DNA of 59,714 nucleotides, filler included, from Platydemus manokwari (GCA_037951405.1; 5 parts of 5 records of this genome joined end to end with filler, not necessarily neighbours in it); one strand, 5' to 3'. Counted from the first letter of the whole stretch, positions 1 through 13,657 are shown. Program-made: numbers and translations. The notes: generated by a model not told the origin, from the letters alone.

Positions 1-305
1 AGAAAAACAGATTAAGGTTTTAAACTTTATAGCAACAAAGTTAACAATTTGAGAGGTCTACACCCTGCTCTAAGTGATATTTATTAGTAAAAACATCGAT
101 AACTTAATAGGTATAATTTCGTAATAAGCATTGATTGTTCCACGAAAAATGTCGAGTTTACTCCGCGAAAAGTGTTGATTAAAAATCTGCGAAAAACATT
201 AATAGACTTACACATTGAAGGGGTTCGAAAATTTGGCGGTTAACGTGAGCATAGAGAAAAATTCTTGTCTGTTCAATAGGATTTTAGGCGCTATTAAATT
301 CATTA

Positions 306-392
306 GATAAATTGACGCATTGAGCGATTTGATAAATTGATTATGCGTTGAGCGATTTGATAAATTGACGCATTAAGCGATATTTTGATAAA
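306..392. repeat. Three degenerate ~25-28 bp tandem copies (GATAAATTGACGCATTGAGCGATTT) in the retroelement leader
   Basis: Copies are directly visible starting at about 306, 331 and 359. Confidence 0.7.
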
Positions 393-819
393 GCTGCAGT
401 AAGTGTATATGAATAAAAGAAATTCAATACTTGATAAATCCGATAGACGATTACGTAGTTCAAGCAAAAGCAATTTACTAGAAAATTTAGACATAGTGAA
501 TAAACATTTAGGAAGGAGAAAAATTAATAGTGAGCATTACAGTAGTGATAGTGAATTTTAAAATAGTAGCAAAGAGAATAATTTGGAATCAATAGAACGC
601 AGTAGCAGTAATTTACCTGAAACCAGTGATTCAAATTCAACAATAGTGTTATAAGATAGTTTAGAAAAATCAAGCACCACTGAAATATATAGTGAAATAA
701 TTGATAAGCATAATTGTAAAGACTGAAGCACTCAAATTGATAGCGAAATAGTTGATACAAATAATAGTAAAGAGATAGGCACTCAAATTGAAATAAATAG
801 ATAAGCACCATTAGACAAA

Positions 820-2086
820 ATGAATGAAGTAATTATGAGTACCAAAAATGTGTATATACCAATTAACCCTTATGATGGGAGACAAGATAATTTGATAATT
901 TGATAATTTCTTCAATGAATACGATAGATTAACTGAGGCATATGGATGGACACAGGCTGAGAAATTTCAGAGATTGTCATTGTACTTAAAATCATACGCA
1001 TTACAAACATTTCAAGGATTAGATTTTGGCGAAATTAAAAGTTATAAGGATTTAGTTGAGGAATTAAAAAGCAAATTAGTTATGGAGGATGATGTGCATG
1101 AATTCTATGTAAAACAGTTTAATAATAGATACCAAATGTCTGGTGAAAGTATAGGGGAATATTCGATGGCATTAAAAGAACTTGTAATTAAAGCTTATGG
1201 CAAATATGTATCTATAGAGGGCCAAGAATAAATGGTTATATATCAATTTAAAAGGGGAATAATACCCATATTAAGAAGCCCAATAGCATTGGCGGAATAT
1301 AAAAATTTTGATGAATTAGTTCAAAAAGCTAGAAGAGTCGAAATGATTTATGGGTCAAATAGTTTAACAAATCACAATATAGGTTATGGGATACCTGGAA
1401 ATTATACATTAATAAGTGCAGTAACATTTAAAGATGATAAAAAAGAGACATCCACCATTAGTAAAAATAATTTAGTGACTAAAGATGATGAGAAAAATCC
1501 AAATATGAATGTAACTTGGGAACAATTAAATAAGGTGTTAACATAATTTCAAATCAAAGATGATAATGTTAAGCAAAGCAAAACATATGATAATGGAAAT
1601 TACTTTGATAGGAATAGGAGTTATGATAATTACAATTATGGCCAACGAGGATTTGGCAGGGATAATAGAAATAATTTCACCAACAGCGGAAATTTCAATA
1701 ATAAAGGATTTGATAATAGGAGTAATGACAGAGGGTTTAATAGGCAAAGTAGATTTAATCAAAGTAGAGGATATGATAACAATAGTTACATTAGTAGAAC
1801 AAACAATAGAAGTAGAAGTCCATGGGATAGAAATGAAAATAATAGAAGGTTTAACAACAACAATAATAACAACAACAATAGGTTAAATAACAGAAGTAGA
1901 AGCCCATATGATAGGAATAATAATAACAATTGGCAAAACAGACAATTTAACAATAATGCAAACAACAATGGAGCTGTTGATATGAATAGGAATAATGAAA
2001 AACAATTAGTACCATATGATAGAAATAGGAGTCCATCAGTAGATAGAAAATTAAATAGTGACAAAAGAAGTAAGATTTTATTATAA
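820..2086 (+). pseudogene. Retrotransposon gag (capsid domain plus Asn/Arg-rich tail), disrupted
   Basis: Reads YDGRQD/FFNEYDRLTEAYGWTQAEKFQRLSLYLKSYALQTF...YKDLVEELKSK...RYQMSGESIGEYSMALKELVIKAY...YQFKRGI...FDELVQKARRVE, a typical retrotransposon capsid. A frameshift lies at a triplicated GATAATTT (886-909). In-frame TAA stops at 1229-1231 and 1544-1546; final stop 2084-2086. Confidence 0.8.
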
Positions 2087-2706
2087 AAGCTATATTAAGT
2101 TATTGCCTATTTGTTAGGCATATTTTCATGTTGGGATATTTTAAGTTAATTTGTAATATGGTTATTGTTAAAAATTAGTTTCTTATCATGTTACAGGCCA
2201 TCTGTGAAATTGTTAAAGATACTTTGAAGATTTAGATTATAACTTAATACATGTAAACTACATTATCGATGCTTGTGTAATGTGGAGTATGGAACGCTTT
2301 TTTATTTCACTGAAAATATGGATTCTTTATAATAGCTTCAATTTCCCTAGAGTTTTAGCCAAACTTTTTAAACTGCTTCCTTTGAATTTTAATTATTATA
2401 ATAGTGTTTCAAGAATAATAATTTAATGAATAAATCATTTTAAATTCAGTGTTAACTAATATTGAGTTTTGTCACCAGCTAACAATAAATAAATTAAAGA
2501 CATTAAAATGCTATAAATAAATTTGAATATCTTATTTATTTCTTTTAATGAACTTATTAATTTTTAACTTAAAATTTTAATTTTAGACCACTAAACAGTA
2601 AAATTGTAAATATTTTAATATAATTCTTTTAATTTCATTTTTTTTGATCATGTGTTTAATTAAGAATTTTGAATTTGTCATAATAAATTAAATTGCAATA
2701 ATTACC

Positions 2707-2720
2707 GTAACCATAGATAC
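2707..2720. promoter_or_regulatory. Candidate RFX X-box in the PLK4 proximal promoter
   Basis: GTAACCATAGATAC is a 14-bp imperfect palindrome fitting GTWnCYATRGnWAC, 82-95 bp upstream of the ATG. A forkhead-like ACAAACA sits at 2726-2732. Confidence 0.5.
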
Positions 2721-2801
2721 CAATAACAAACATTGTTTAAGTAGATAGCAAAAATTTAAATTTAGATATTTGATTTTATTTACATTTTTTTGCATAATAT
2801 A

Positions 2802-5800
2802 ATGTTTTATTCGGAATATCCTGAAAATTCAATTGAGGTAATTATATATAGCTAGTAATTGCGATATAGTTTTTTTAACAATAAAATAAAATATATTTTA
2901 TGAAATTGACAAAATATTTATAGGATTTTGAGGTTTATGAAATTCTAGGCCGGGGAGGATTTGCAAGGGTTTACCGTTCAAAATCCTTGAAAACAGATCA
3001 GGAAGTGGCTATTAAAATAGTATGGTGTATAGAATGATTTGAGAATTTTTTTGTAAAAAAATGATATTTCATTAGATTGATAAAAAAATGACCCATCATC
3101 ACGGAATGACTGCACGAGTCAGAAAGGAAGTTGAATTACACAGTCGTTTAAAACATCCTTCAATACTTGAAGTAGAATGTTTAAAAAATAATTTTCATTA
3201 TAATATATTTAACAGTTATACACATTTTTTGAAGATACAAATTATGTTTATTTGGTATTGGAATTGTGTCATTGTGGTGAATTACATCGTAAAATACGAG
3301 AAAATGGACCATTGAAAGAAGATCAAGGTATTTCTCATGTTTGAAGGTATTTCTCACCTTATTAATTTTCTCTGTCATTAAATATAGCACGACATTTTTT
3401 GAAGCAAATCATAGACGGATTGAAATATTTGCATTCATACAATATTCTCCACAGAGATTTAACTCTTGCTAATCTATTATTAACGAAAGATATGAAAGTT
3501 AAAATCGCCGATTTTGGGCTGGCAACTCAATTAGAAGCTGGTGTGGAACATTTTACAATGTGTGGAACACCAAATTATATTTCTCCGGAAGTTGTTAATC
3601 GTTCTAAACAGGGCCTGGAAGCAGATGTTTGGAGTGTCGGTTGTATGCTATATACAATGTTAGTGGGTAAAGCACCCTTTGATACAAATGAAGTCAAAGG
3701 AACTTTAAACCGTGTTCAAGTGGGACAATTCAATTTACCGTCAAATTTGAGCGAGAATGCAAAAGATCTGATAACAGGTCTTCTACAGACAAATCCAGAT
3801 AAAAGATTGAATCTCCACCAAGTGTCGACACACAGCTTCATGCAGATGGAAAAGGTGCAAACGTTATTTCAGGTAGTTATAATTTTATTATTTTTGTCTC
3901 TTAATAATTATTTTTGTAAAAATTATAATAAATTTTTATTATTTTTATTCATTGTTTTTAATGATTTGTTTTTTTTTTTATAATTTTTTAATAATCATTT
4001 TGTTATATTAGATTATTTTTGATAATTTTTATTTGATATTATATATATTTTATATCAATTTTTATTTATTATTTTACATTAAAACATTCAAATATTTTTG
4101 TTTAATAACATGTCCATTTATATTTTAATATCGAGATATTTAAGATTATACATTTTAATAAATGAACAAATCTTCGTTAAATGTTTTGTAATCAAATTGC
4201 AATAATAATATTTATTCACATTATATATGTTTAATGGCCATAATTGGACTTAAGCCACTTTCAAAGTTAATAAAGCAACTTTCATATTCTTAAAAAGTCA
4301 AATTCACGGGGAATAAATTTCCCTAAAACAACAAGTAATGTCTTATCTAGTAAAGATTTACTGCATAATATTTAATATCCTTTTAAAACTCTCAAAATAG
4401 GTCTTAAGCCACTTTCACACACACACACACACACATTTAATTGCATGTGTATTGTCATTGCGACATTGCCACTAGATTTTGGACTTTGATCCTAATCCTA
4501 TTTTTATAAAAAAAGAAGCTGTTTATAGTTACCTCCGTACTAAATCAAAAGACACGAATTAAAATGAATTAAAAAATTGTCATTTATTTTTTGATAAAGT
4601 TGTATATCAGAAATCAGTATATTATAGCGATTAGTTATATTGTAATTTTATAGTTTATTCTTGTACTTGAACGTAAGATAAGACTAGCCTAACTCAATAT
4701 TACTATTCGATATCGCATTAAATTCCCTTATTAATAAAATGAATCAACGTTCTAAGGCCGTACTAAATTTAACAGAACAAAATTCCAAGACTTTTTAATA
4801 TACTATTTAAGCTTTAGTCAAAACTGAATTATTTTTATTGTTAAGACATTTTATATTTTTGATGAATTTTGTTGAAAATAAATACATTTTCATAGCAAAT
4901 GATTATTTTTTTCTTACTTTTTTTCAGTAGAATCAAACTTTAATTTCGAAATTAACTAATAGAGAACCAATAATATATTATTTTTTTTTAATTATGATAT
5001 TTTATAATTTATTTTCTATACTGTATTGTGCCTAATTAAATCAAAACTTAATTCGATCCTATCGGTACATTTTGGTTACTGATTTAAACTTAAAAAATAA
5101 GATGTCTGTGCAACACACCAATTATTAAAATCCAGAAGACTCTTTAAAAACTAAACGAAAATGTTATAATTAGTTTTAATCAATTATACTGAAAAATGAG
5201 TCTGATAGAGCAAGATTTTCTCAAATCTAGTTAAATTCTGAGTGAATCAAATATTTTATTCTAAACACCTTCAATTTTGTTTTCATGTTGATTTTTTACT
5301 TTCTCCCTTAATGATTTTAATTAAAAGGTTTGGTTTCAGTTAATAATTTTTGATATTATTTATTTATTTATTAAGTTCTTTTCTTTTTACATATATATAG
5401 GGGTGTATATATAAACTAAAAACCAGTAAAAACTCAATATCGAACATATTATTTATAATTATTTATCCTGACATTTGTTTTGAGTTTTAGATTTTTAATA
5501 AATCTTTATATAGGATCTTTCAATCACAGATAGTGGTATGGGATCGATGAATAAAAGCCATTCAAATATTGATTCAAAAATCTCTTTACGAGAACGTAAC
5601 CGATCGGGAAATAAATCTTTTCTTTCTAACTTATCTCACAGAAATAAATCTACAAGAATAAACCAATGCAACTCCGAAATATTGAAACGTGAAAATATCA
5701 ATGAAAACAATTGTTCAAACTCTATAATGATTTCACCACAATCAATCAATAAATCATCTACAGCTAATTTCGGTTTTTCTTCCTCTTTTGCAAATCACGT

Positions 5801-6317
5801 ACCGAATCTTTTCTATTCGGATTCGTCTGGAAAACCAAACGACATCGTTGTAAATATAGATGATTCTGTAACGAAAACTAATTCTAATAACTCTATTCGC
5901 AACTTGTCAGACGCTTCTAATTTAACCAATAGTAAAAGTGATTTGAAAACAGAACCATTAAATTCTAGAAGGTTGCGACCAATACGTCAAAAGACTCGCA
6001 ATATGATTCTTAACATCCTTGACGATGAAACGATTTGTTTGGAATTTATAAAATATAATTCTGATTCAAATTGTTCTAAAGCTTTAATGAAGATCAGTGA
6101 AGTCATGTGCATCGATCCGTTAGGTGAAAGCATTTTGATATACAATCCACACAAAATGGTTCCAATAGATATTGATAAACCTGTATCATTGGAATCTGGT
6201 GATAAAGTATCACATTTTCTATTGGGATCTCTGCCGGATAAATATATGAAAAAATATCAGTTGGCCAAAAAGTTTGCTTAATATTGATTAAATTCATATT
6301 TTCACTTGAGATTTTTC

Positions 6318-6373
<56 letters not shown>

Positions 6374-9275
6374 TTAAGGTGATTAACATTTTTATTGAGA
6401 TAAATTAGTTGAGTTTCTGTCATACATAAATAAATGATTGGGAATGATTTATTAACTGAAACAATTCATTTGTAGATATTTATAGATGGTGTGTCAGATT
6501 TGGGGTTGTAGCATTGTTTAAAGGATTTTTATTAATTTATTGACAATGGGATAAAGTTAAAGGTTATTTATAAAATTATATCATTAGCATTTGAATGTGA
6601 AATGTTTACATAATAACAGAAAAGAAAAATTGCGTCTATTGTTCTGTAAAATGATTTTGTAATAATCTACATCTACAATTTATATAATTGGAAAAATATA
6701 TATTGCAAATATTTATATATTAAATATTAATAAATTATGCTCAAGGCACATTAAGGGAGTGAAATATAGAATTGATATATAAATAATGGTTAAATAGTGC
6801 ATTTATCATTTCAAGAAAAATTATAAAAAGAAGAAAAACATTTACAATTCGTTCATTAATAGCTTTACATGCTAGTGTTGCCGTAGATGTTTTAAAGTGG
6901 ATATTACATATTGTATTGTGTAGTAATGACAATATTATTTCGACCGTAAAGATATTGGGAATATTTTTAACATTTGGAAGTAGATTATGCTACGATAGCC
7001 CAATTTTGTATCTGGAATAAGTATTAATTTGTGACAATTCTATTTTGACTAAATATTGTGATACGGGTTTAACAATTGTGGATTATTGTTAGTGTCATAT
7101 ACATAAATAATGGCTGTCTAAATTAGAAACAGATCATATTATAAGATAGAGCTGTGTTTAGAACGATGTTGAATCAGGCTTTTCATATAATTATTTAAAG
7201 AAATTCGTGAAGTTTATATGTTAATGGGAATTTCTTATTTTAAGATTTGTGGATTTGGTCCGCAGTAAAACACCGAAACTGATTGTTTACACAAATCTCG
7301 CTAAATGCATGTTGATGGAAAATGATCCTCATCCAGACTTCGAGATCGTTTTCAATGAAGATATCAAAATTAAATCAGAATCTAGAACGCGTTATCTAAC
7401 CAAAATCCATCTTTCGAGTGAAGTATTGACTAATCAATGTTACTTTAATGATGGGTCAAGTATTATCGTCAGTAATGAAACAAATAGTTCCAAATTATCG
7501 CTTTCATTGAATAAATGGCTTCAATATACAAAAGAGGTAAGAATATAGTTTAGGATTGAATCAACCATTATATATATGATATTTGATCTTTATATATTCG
7601 AATTTTAAAAGAATAAATGAAAAACTAATGAATTTTTTAAATAAATAAAAATGCTAGAAAATTAAAATATACAACATATTAAGTAAATAACAAAAACTCG
7701 AGTATATATAGAGTCCCTATAAATTCTCAATTATAAACCCATAAATCTTGGTTAATTGATGAAAAATGGCTTAAAAGGGCAGATAAAGATTATTTAATTC
7801 CAATGGTAATATTGACCATATATTTAATACTCATATTCCGGACATTATCGGACATTAGCGCAATATATTCAAGTTTTATGGTGGGATTGGTTTTATTATC
7901 GAACCTAAAGTTACTTTAAGCATGAAAAATGTTCCTTTAGTAAAAATCTGGAGAAACATTTGGTATTTATTGTATTTTTCATTCAATTATTAATATATTA
8001 TTATAATACTGCAGTTGTTTGTATATATTTGGTTTTCAGGAACGCTAAGGTTAATTGTATTCCCTCAGGATGTCGGATGATGCCTATATATAGAATTATA
8101 ACCAATCCATTTTGACAATCATAAATTTATACTTTTTCTATAATGTCTTAATATTATTCCAAATATAATCATTTAAGATAATATCTCATTTCTATATCTT
8201 TATAAGGGGTAGTATTTCTCATAATATCTGTCATTATTGGTTCCATCTGGTATTATTATTGATTTCGAATTCCAAAATTGTATTCTATTAGTTTATCAAT
8301 AATCTAAAAATGCTGAAAAATGTTTTCCTTTCGATATTTTGTTTTATCAAAGAAAGAGAGTAATACTGGTAATGATTTCAATAACGCAATTGAAATTTAT
8401 TTAATATATATTGATTATTCGGTGAATTATCCCATGACAATCGATAAAATTTCCTTTTCCATGTTTTCACGATTATTTATTCACATAAATGAGAATTTTT
8501 GTCAAGCAGAAAATCTCCTTGAATTTTTATTTAATTGGATTGATAAGTATAATATATCATAGAAATTATCATATATCCAGATGAATTGATTAGAAATTTG
8601 ATAATTAAAGAAATAGGTTAATTTTTTCCAATAATTTATGAGATGATTTATAATTTTAAATTAACCTCGCTAGCTTTTGATTCACTATTATCTATAATCT
8701 CATAAATAATCCGATTCGATATCTTTGTTCATATTCAGTGCCTCGAATATTGTCTGAAAATTATCCACCAAACTAGCAATCTAGCAGAATACAATTTAAT
8801 TTCGTCTCTATTTCCAATGACAATTGGTCGTAAGTGGCCTTTACAGGCAAATGATGGGAATTATTTCCATTCAAAACTTGTAGCTGCAGAAAATTTACCT
8901 CCATTGGTTTTAGAGTCCCTTGCTCACCAGTTGAAATCATCGACTCATCTCTCACCACTTATTAATTCAGATAACGCCCCCATGTCAGATAGGTCTGGAA
9001 CCACTTTTATACCAGAAATCGGTTGGGCTACTCAGATGGCCAATGGCGAGTTGAAAGTGCAATTCAATGATGGCTGCCAGTTAATAATCATATACGATTC
9101 TAATACTATCGACAAGATCCAATGGTTTCCCAATGATTCAGATCATTTTAATATGAAGGAGTTCAATAGAAATGATGTTCTTCCCGACGAAGTTCATTCG
9201 AAAATCGAGATTTTACCTCAGTTTGTGAAAAAATTACGCAGCAATTTCAACTCAAAGCATGTGAATATTTCTTGA
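2802..9275 (+). CDS. PLK4: Polo-like kinase 4 (SAK), 8 coding exons, 803 aa
   Basis: Exons 2802-2837, 2924-3019, 3076-3171, 3216-3327, 3388-3872, 5514-6271, 7245-7536 and 8739-9275 are all GT-AG and phase-consistent (2412 nt). Kinase motifs: [41 protein letters not shown]. Phosphodegron DSGMGS. Cryptic polo box: [16 protein letters not shown]...[17 protein letters not shown]...KCMLMEN...[10 protein letters not shown]3: IGWATQ...[14 protein letters not shown] at 9403-9408. Confidence 0.96.
4416..4434. repeat. (CA)n microsatellite in PLK4 intron 5
   Basis: About 9-10 CA units are visible. Confidence 0.85.
6320..6371. repeat. (ATT)n microsatellite in PLK4 intron 6
   Basis: About 17 perfect ATT/TTA units. 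Confidence 0.9.
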
Positions 9276-11149
9276 AGAGATTCACTTAACGCGGCCGTCG
9301 TCAACCAGTCAACATATCTGTACCGTATTTTACAGCGATTATCTTTTTCATACTCTTCATTTCAACCGTATTTTAGCAAGTTTTAATCTTTCTTTTCCAA
9401 ACAATAAATTATTTATTTGTAAAAAATCATGTGGTTCCTTAATTTAATTGAAGAATAATTATTGTATTGTATTATTTTTTTAGAATGTTTTCTGTTGTTT
9501 ATTTTATATTGGAGAAATATCTTGGTATATATATTTTTTTAATTTTTCGTATATCAATCATGTACACAAGTATGAAATAATTATGTTATGTTAGATGAAA
9601 TATATTACTCAACAATTATTATCGTTATTAGAATATTGTGATTTATAATATTGGCGCATTGATAATATTGTAAATCGGAGAATGATTGTTTTGATAATTA
9701 TTTGAGGTTTTTGATTTCATTTAAATTTTATTTGTGGCTCAATAAATTTCAACCTTTTCATTGGATTCAACAAAGTTTTTTATAAAACTAAATTTATACA
9801 AATCTATAAGTGACAGTGTTAATAATCACTTCATAAATTTGATTTTTGTCTTAGTATGATGAACAATATAGTATATAATAAAATGTTTTCGGTGTAGAAA
9901 TGCGCGAAGTTTTGTTTGAATGTCAGCAGACTAATAGAGTTATAAATTCGCGAACCATATTAATATTTGATTCAATCTAAATAGTATTTATAATATATTG
10001 TCAAATAAATGTGGCTAAATAATAATTATGATTATGTACTAAAATTGAGATTTTATTTTTTATAGTTGTAATTAACTTATTGAAGGATTCGAGAACACAG
10101 GACAATTTGTCCTGAGTACCTTTTGAAATTCCAATGTGATTTTTATTTAATATTTTTTACTATGAAAAATAGTCATTTCCATTTGACTTTTTACTTAGAA
10201 AATCATGGTTAAGATCGATCTCACATGTTTACAAGGTGGTGGTTTTCTTATCACTGTTAGGTGTTTCAAATATTTGGGAATATCAATGTTCTGAATATCT
10301 GTACGTGTAAGTTCCCTATATATTCAACATCTTAAATACCAAATCAAAACAAAATTGATGATACTACAACTTTATTCGGACTACATCACTATAAAACCGT
10401 TGATACTTGATCAATAACAAGATCAGTTCATAAAATAATAATTATTGATTAAAAAAGAGAATGGGTGAATCCAGCAAGCAGTTTACACAAAAGATCTAGT
10501 TTATTTATTAAAGATTCTAGGATATGAATTAATGTAATCTTGTACCTAATGGCACTCTAGTAATTCTTGACTTCAATACTTCTAGCTTAAAAAATCTTGC
10601 GTTTCATATTTTTCACTACATATAATTTATCACGTCTTTGCACTTTCCAACACTCTTGTTCAAATAACGAAATAAAGTTATTGTTGAGAATCACTATATA
10701 AGAAAGTAATTTTTTTCCAATATATTCAAATACCATTAAGTACAATAAGTGTCTCTGATAAATCAAGTATTCCAATAACTTGATTTTCTTCCTATTGTTT
10801 CTTCATGAATCAGATTGGGTTGTCAATTGCATTACTTACTGCTATTTTTTTCAAATTGTTTGTTGTATCTCCAAAGTTAATTATATAGAGGTCAACTATA
10901 GATTTTTGGTATGACGAGTATCGTTGTTGACGCTGTTACTAGAATTTGCTAATATTATGTCATTGAAATTGGATTGTACAAAATATATTGTGTTTACAAT
11001 AACAATTCCATTAAGGGTTAGTGTCGCATACACTTATCTTTTTGAAGTTATTTTCATTGTGTCATTTCCACTGAAACATCCACAGTTTGGATTATTTTCA
11101 CTACTCTCAGATTTCTTGACTTCATGTCAGTTGGAAAATCAAAGATAGG

Positions 11150-11480
11150 CTAGTGATATACTCAGATAGTGAGAAGAGCGAAGATGAAAAAATAACCACC
11201 CCCGTTAGCTCATACGTTGCACGAAAGAAGAAATATAATAGTCAAGATATCTAACCACAACAAAGAAGCATAGTCTGCTAAACAAGGATCAGGAAGTGAA
11301 ATTAAGGCCCATAACAATAAATAACGATACCCCAGTTTATAAAAAGACTGGCGAGAAAGAAAAGCTGGAGCACGGATTCGAAGGCCTAAGGCCAGCATAA
11401 TTCTCAAGAACAATCCAATCTTCGAATTCCTTCGAATCATAGCAATTCAAAAGACATTTATTATTTGTTGACTTAATATT
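11150..11480 (+). mobile_element. Possible solo-LTR-like fragment
   Basis: Locally GC-richer block with TATAAAAAG (~11338) followed by a purine-rich tract. Termini and TSD not identified. Confidence 0.25.
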
Positions 11481-11522
11481 GATTTTATGATTCTTTCTTG
11501 GCTTAATCCCTTGATTTTTATC

Positions 11523-13657
11523 CTTTAAGGAATGCTGATTTCATTTGTACAAATAATTGCAATTCATCCGATTTATAATTTTCTTTCGTGTACAGAATAA
11601 TTAATTGAGTTATGATTTGTAACTAAAATTAAGAGAAATAATAATAATAATGATATATTATTATTTACAAATTTGACTATAAAAAATAAGAATAAGAATT
11701 TAAAAAATGAATAAAATTAAGAATAAAAAATTATAATATCAATAAAATTTAAGAATTTATAATGTTAAAAAACTTTTAAAATATGAATAATTGAGGTCTG
11801 ATGTATTACCAATAATAAAATTTTCTGAGACTGAAGGTAAAATTCTAGGTACGAAGCGCCTAATATCAGTAAGTACATAAACTAAAGGATTTTCATCACA
11901 AATCTCACAAAAAATATTAAACCAAAAGTCCAATAATTCAAGTGAATATTTGCCCAGCGAATCATGACCAAAACGATAATTTGTTTACACATAAACAAAT
12001 GGATGACTATTAAAAGACAATACTTTCTTGAACATCAATAAGTTTTCTGAGTAAATTTATTGTTTCCCAAATAATAACTCACTAGGCAAAAGGATCGCAA
12101 CATTTTGGACCTCAACTAACTAGATTCTTAAATTCTATATTAATAAGATTGTAGAGAGAATTCTAACATTCTTGGGTTCATGAAAAGATTAATTTATCGA
12201 TTTATTTTAACATAATTAGTTCGAGTTAACTTTGTACGAACGCTGTGGTTGATAATAAATGTTATCAAGTAAATAATTGTGTTGATTTTCGTCTAATGAG
12301 TATTAAAACAAATTCTTACACACATTCTAGAAATCACGTTGCTGAGCTGTATAATTTCACATTTAAACATCAAGAATCTAACACACTTGTCTTTAGTTTG
12401 TTTTAATGAAATTGGGTCATAGAAATTTTGTCATAGCCGACCTTGTAAAAAAATAAAGCAGATTTTTCAATGAATTAAACTCTGATTTATTTTAAACATC
12501 AAATATCAAAATAACCGAATATCTTGAATTGTTTTTATCACTTTTTTTTATTTTAGTTACACTGGATCTTTTCTCATTTCTTACTGGAAATGAATACCAT
12601 TTTCTCAGCCAATTCATATAACTTCTGCAAGCTCTAAATAATAAAATTTAAAAACTGAAAACAGTTTCGAGAGGATCAAGAAGTTACTTTACAGTTATCT
12701 ATCTCTAATAATATTATTTTATTAGTTATGATAGGTTCTCTGAGTGAAAAATTGACACTTTGAAAATAGCGCATATCAATAAACTGGTGTCGTAGGTCTT
12801 CCTATCAGTTAATATCCGAGAGGATCTCAAATCCATGAATTAATAATTCATTGCTGAATCAAGACACAACATCACTGAACGTTAAATTGCAGTGTATTGA
12901 GAAATAGAATGAACAAACATTGAATCCAATAGACAGATGATTTGGAATACTTTTTCTTTTTGACGACTAGAAAATACTACGCAATTTATATATCGATGAG
13001 CGACCTATTTATTCACATTAGCATCTCTTAGAGATTTAAGACGAATAAATGAATATTCAGATAACAAGAGAAAATCCCGTATTTCCATTGAATAATTTGA
13101 AATTAAGAAATTACATTGTCAAAAATTACAAAGGCAATCAATATGTTTGATAACAGGAAATCGATTTCAATGAATATTATAATAATTATGCCAATAACCT
13201 AGATAATGGCAACTCTACTATGTATAAAGTTGCATGAAGAACGACAAGTAATTTAGATATAAAAAGTCAATAAGTTCGTACAAGAAATAAAATCCATAAG
13301 AATAAAGAAGGCACTTTCTTTCTTGACCAATTTCATTGAACCCTGGCTTTATTGTATTTCAACTAACAGGATAAATAATTTTTGTTCCATTAACAAATAT
13401 AAAATGATTTTATTAATCTGATCGACATCAATCCTTTAATATCCAATCGAAATTAATATCAACGGTTATAAACGTTCAATATAAATTCAGTCTTGATAAC
13501 GATTAAGTAACTTTTGATATACCTTTTCGAATAAAACATCCAATTAAATGCTACTGATTTTACTTACCTCTTCATTTTCCAATGCCAAAGTTAATTCAGA
13601 TTTCTCTCTTTGCATATGCTGATGATCTTCATTTGAGTTTCTATCGTGATTTGGAGA
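11523..13657 (-). CDS. Candidate 3' exons of an unidentified gene (short acidic helical/coiled-coil segment); 5' part probably off-contig
   Basis: Exon 13657-13568 (tttcatttcag|SPNHDRNSNEDHQHMQREKSELTLALENEE|gtaagt) is phase-compatible with an exon starting at 12633 (tttag|SLQKLYELAEKM..., donor after 12598 or 12585) and with an acceptor before 11622. Confidence 0.4.

Larger units (their letters stand above)
1..2086 (+). mobile_element. Decayed 5' part of an LTR retrotransposon (probably Ty3/Gypsy): possible LTR end/PBS, leader and gag; no pol follows
   Basis: A gag-like frame occupies 820-2086. TTAACA ending at 46 is followed by TGAGAGGTCTACACC (50-64), which loosely resembles a tRNA-Gln primer-binding site (weak). 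The leader contains short tandem repeats. Confidence 0.65.

Noticed and set aside
1560-1886. Ile/Met-rich 108-aa ORF and its antisense ORFs
   Set aside because: These are shadow frames of the Asn/Arg-rich gag tail.
974-2086. TAA reassignment or readthrough suggested by two in-frame TAA codons in gag
   Set aside because: EIF3I ends in TAA, host genes have no internal stops, and the gag also has a frameshift. Simple decay explains it.
2500-2760. CHR cell-cycle elements (TTTGAA/TTTAAA) upstream of PLK4
   Set aside because: These hexamers are too frequent by chance in such AT-rich DNA.
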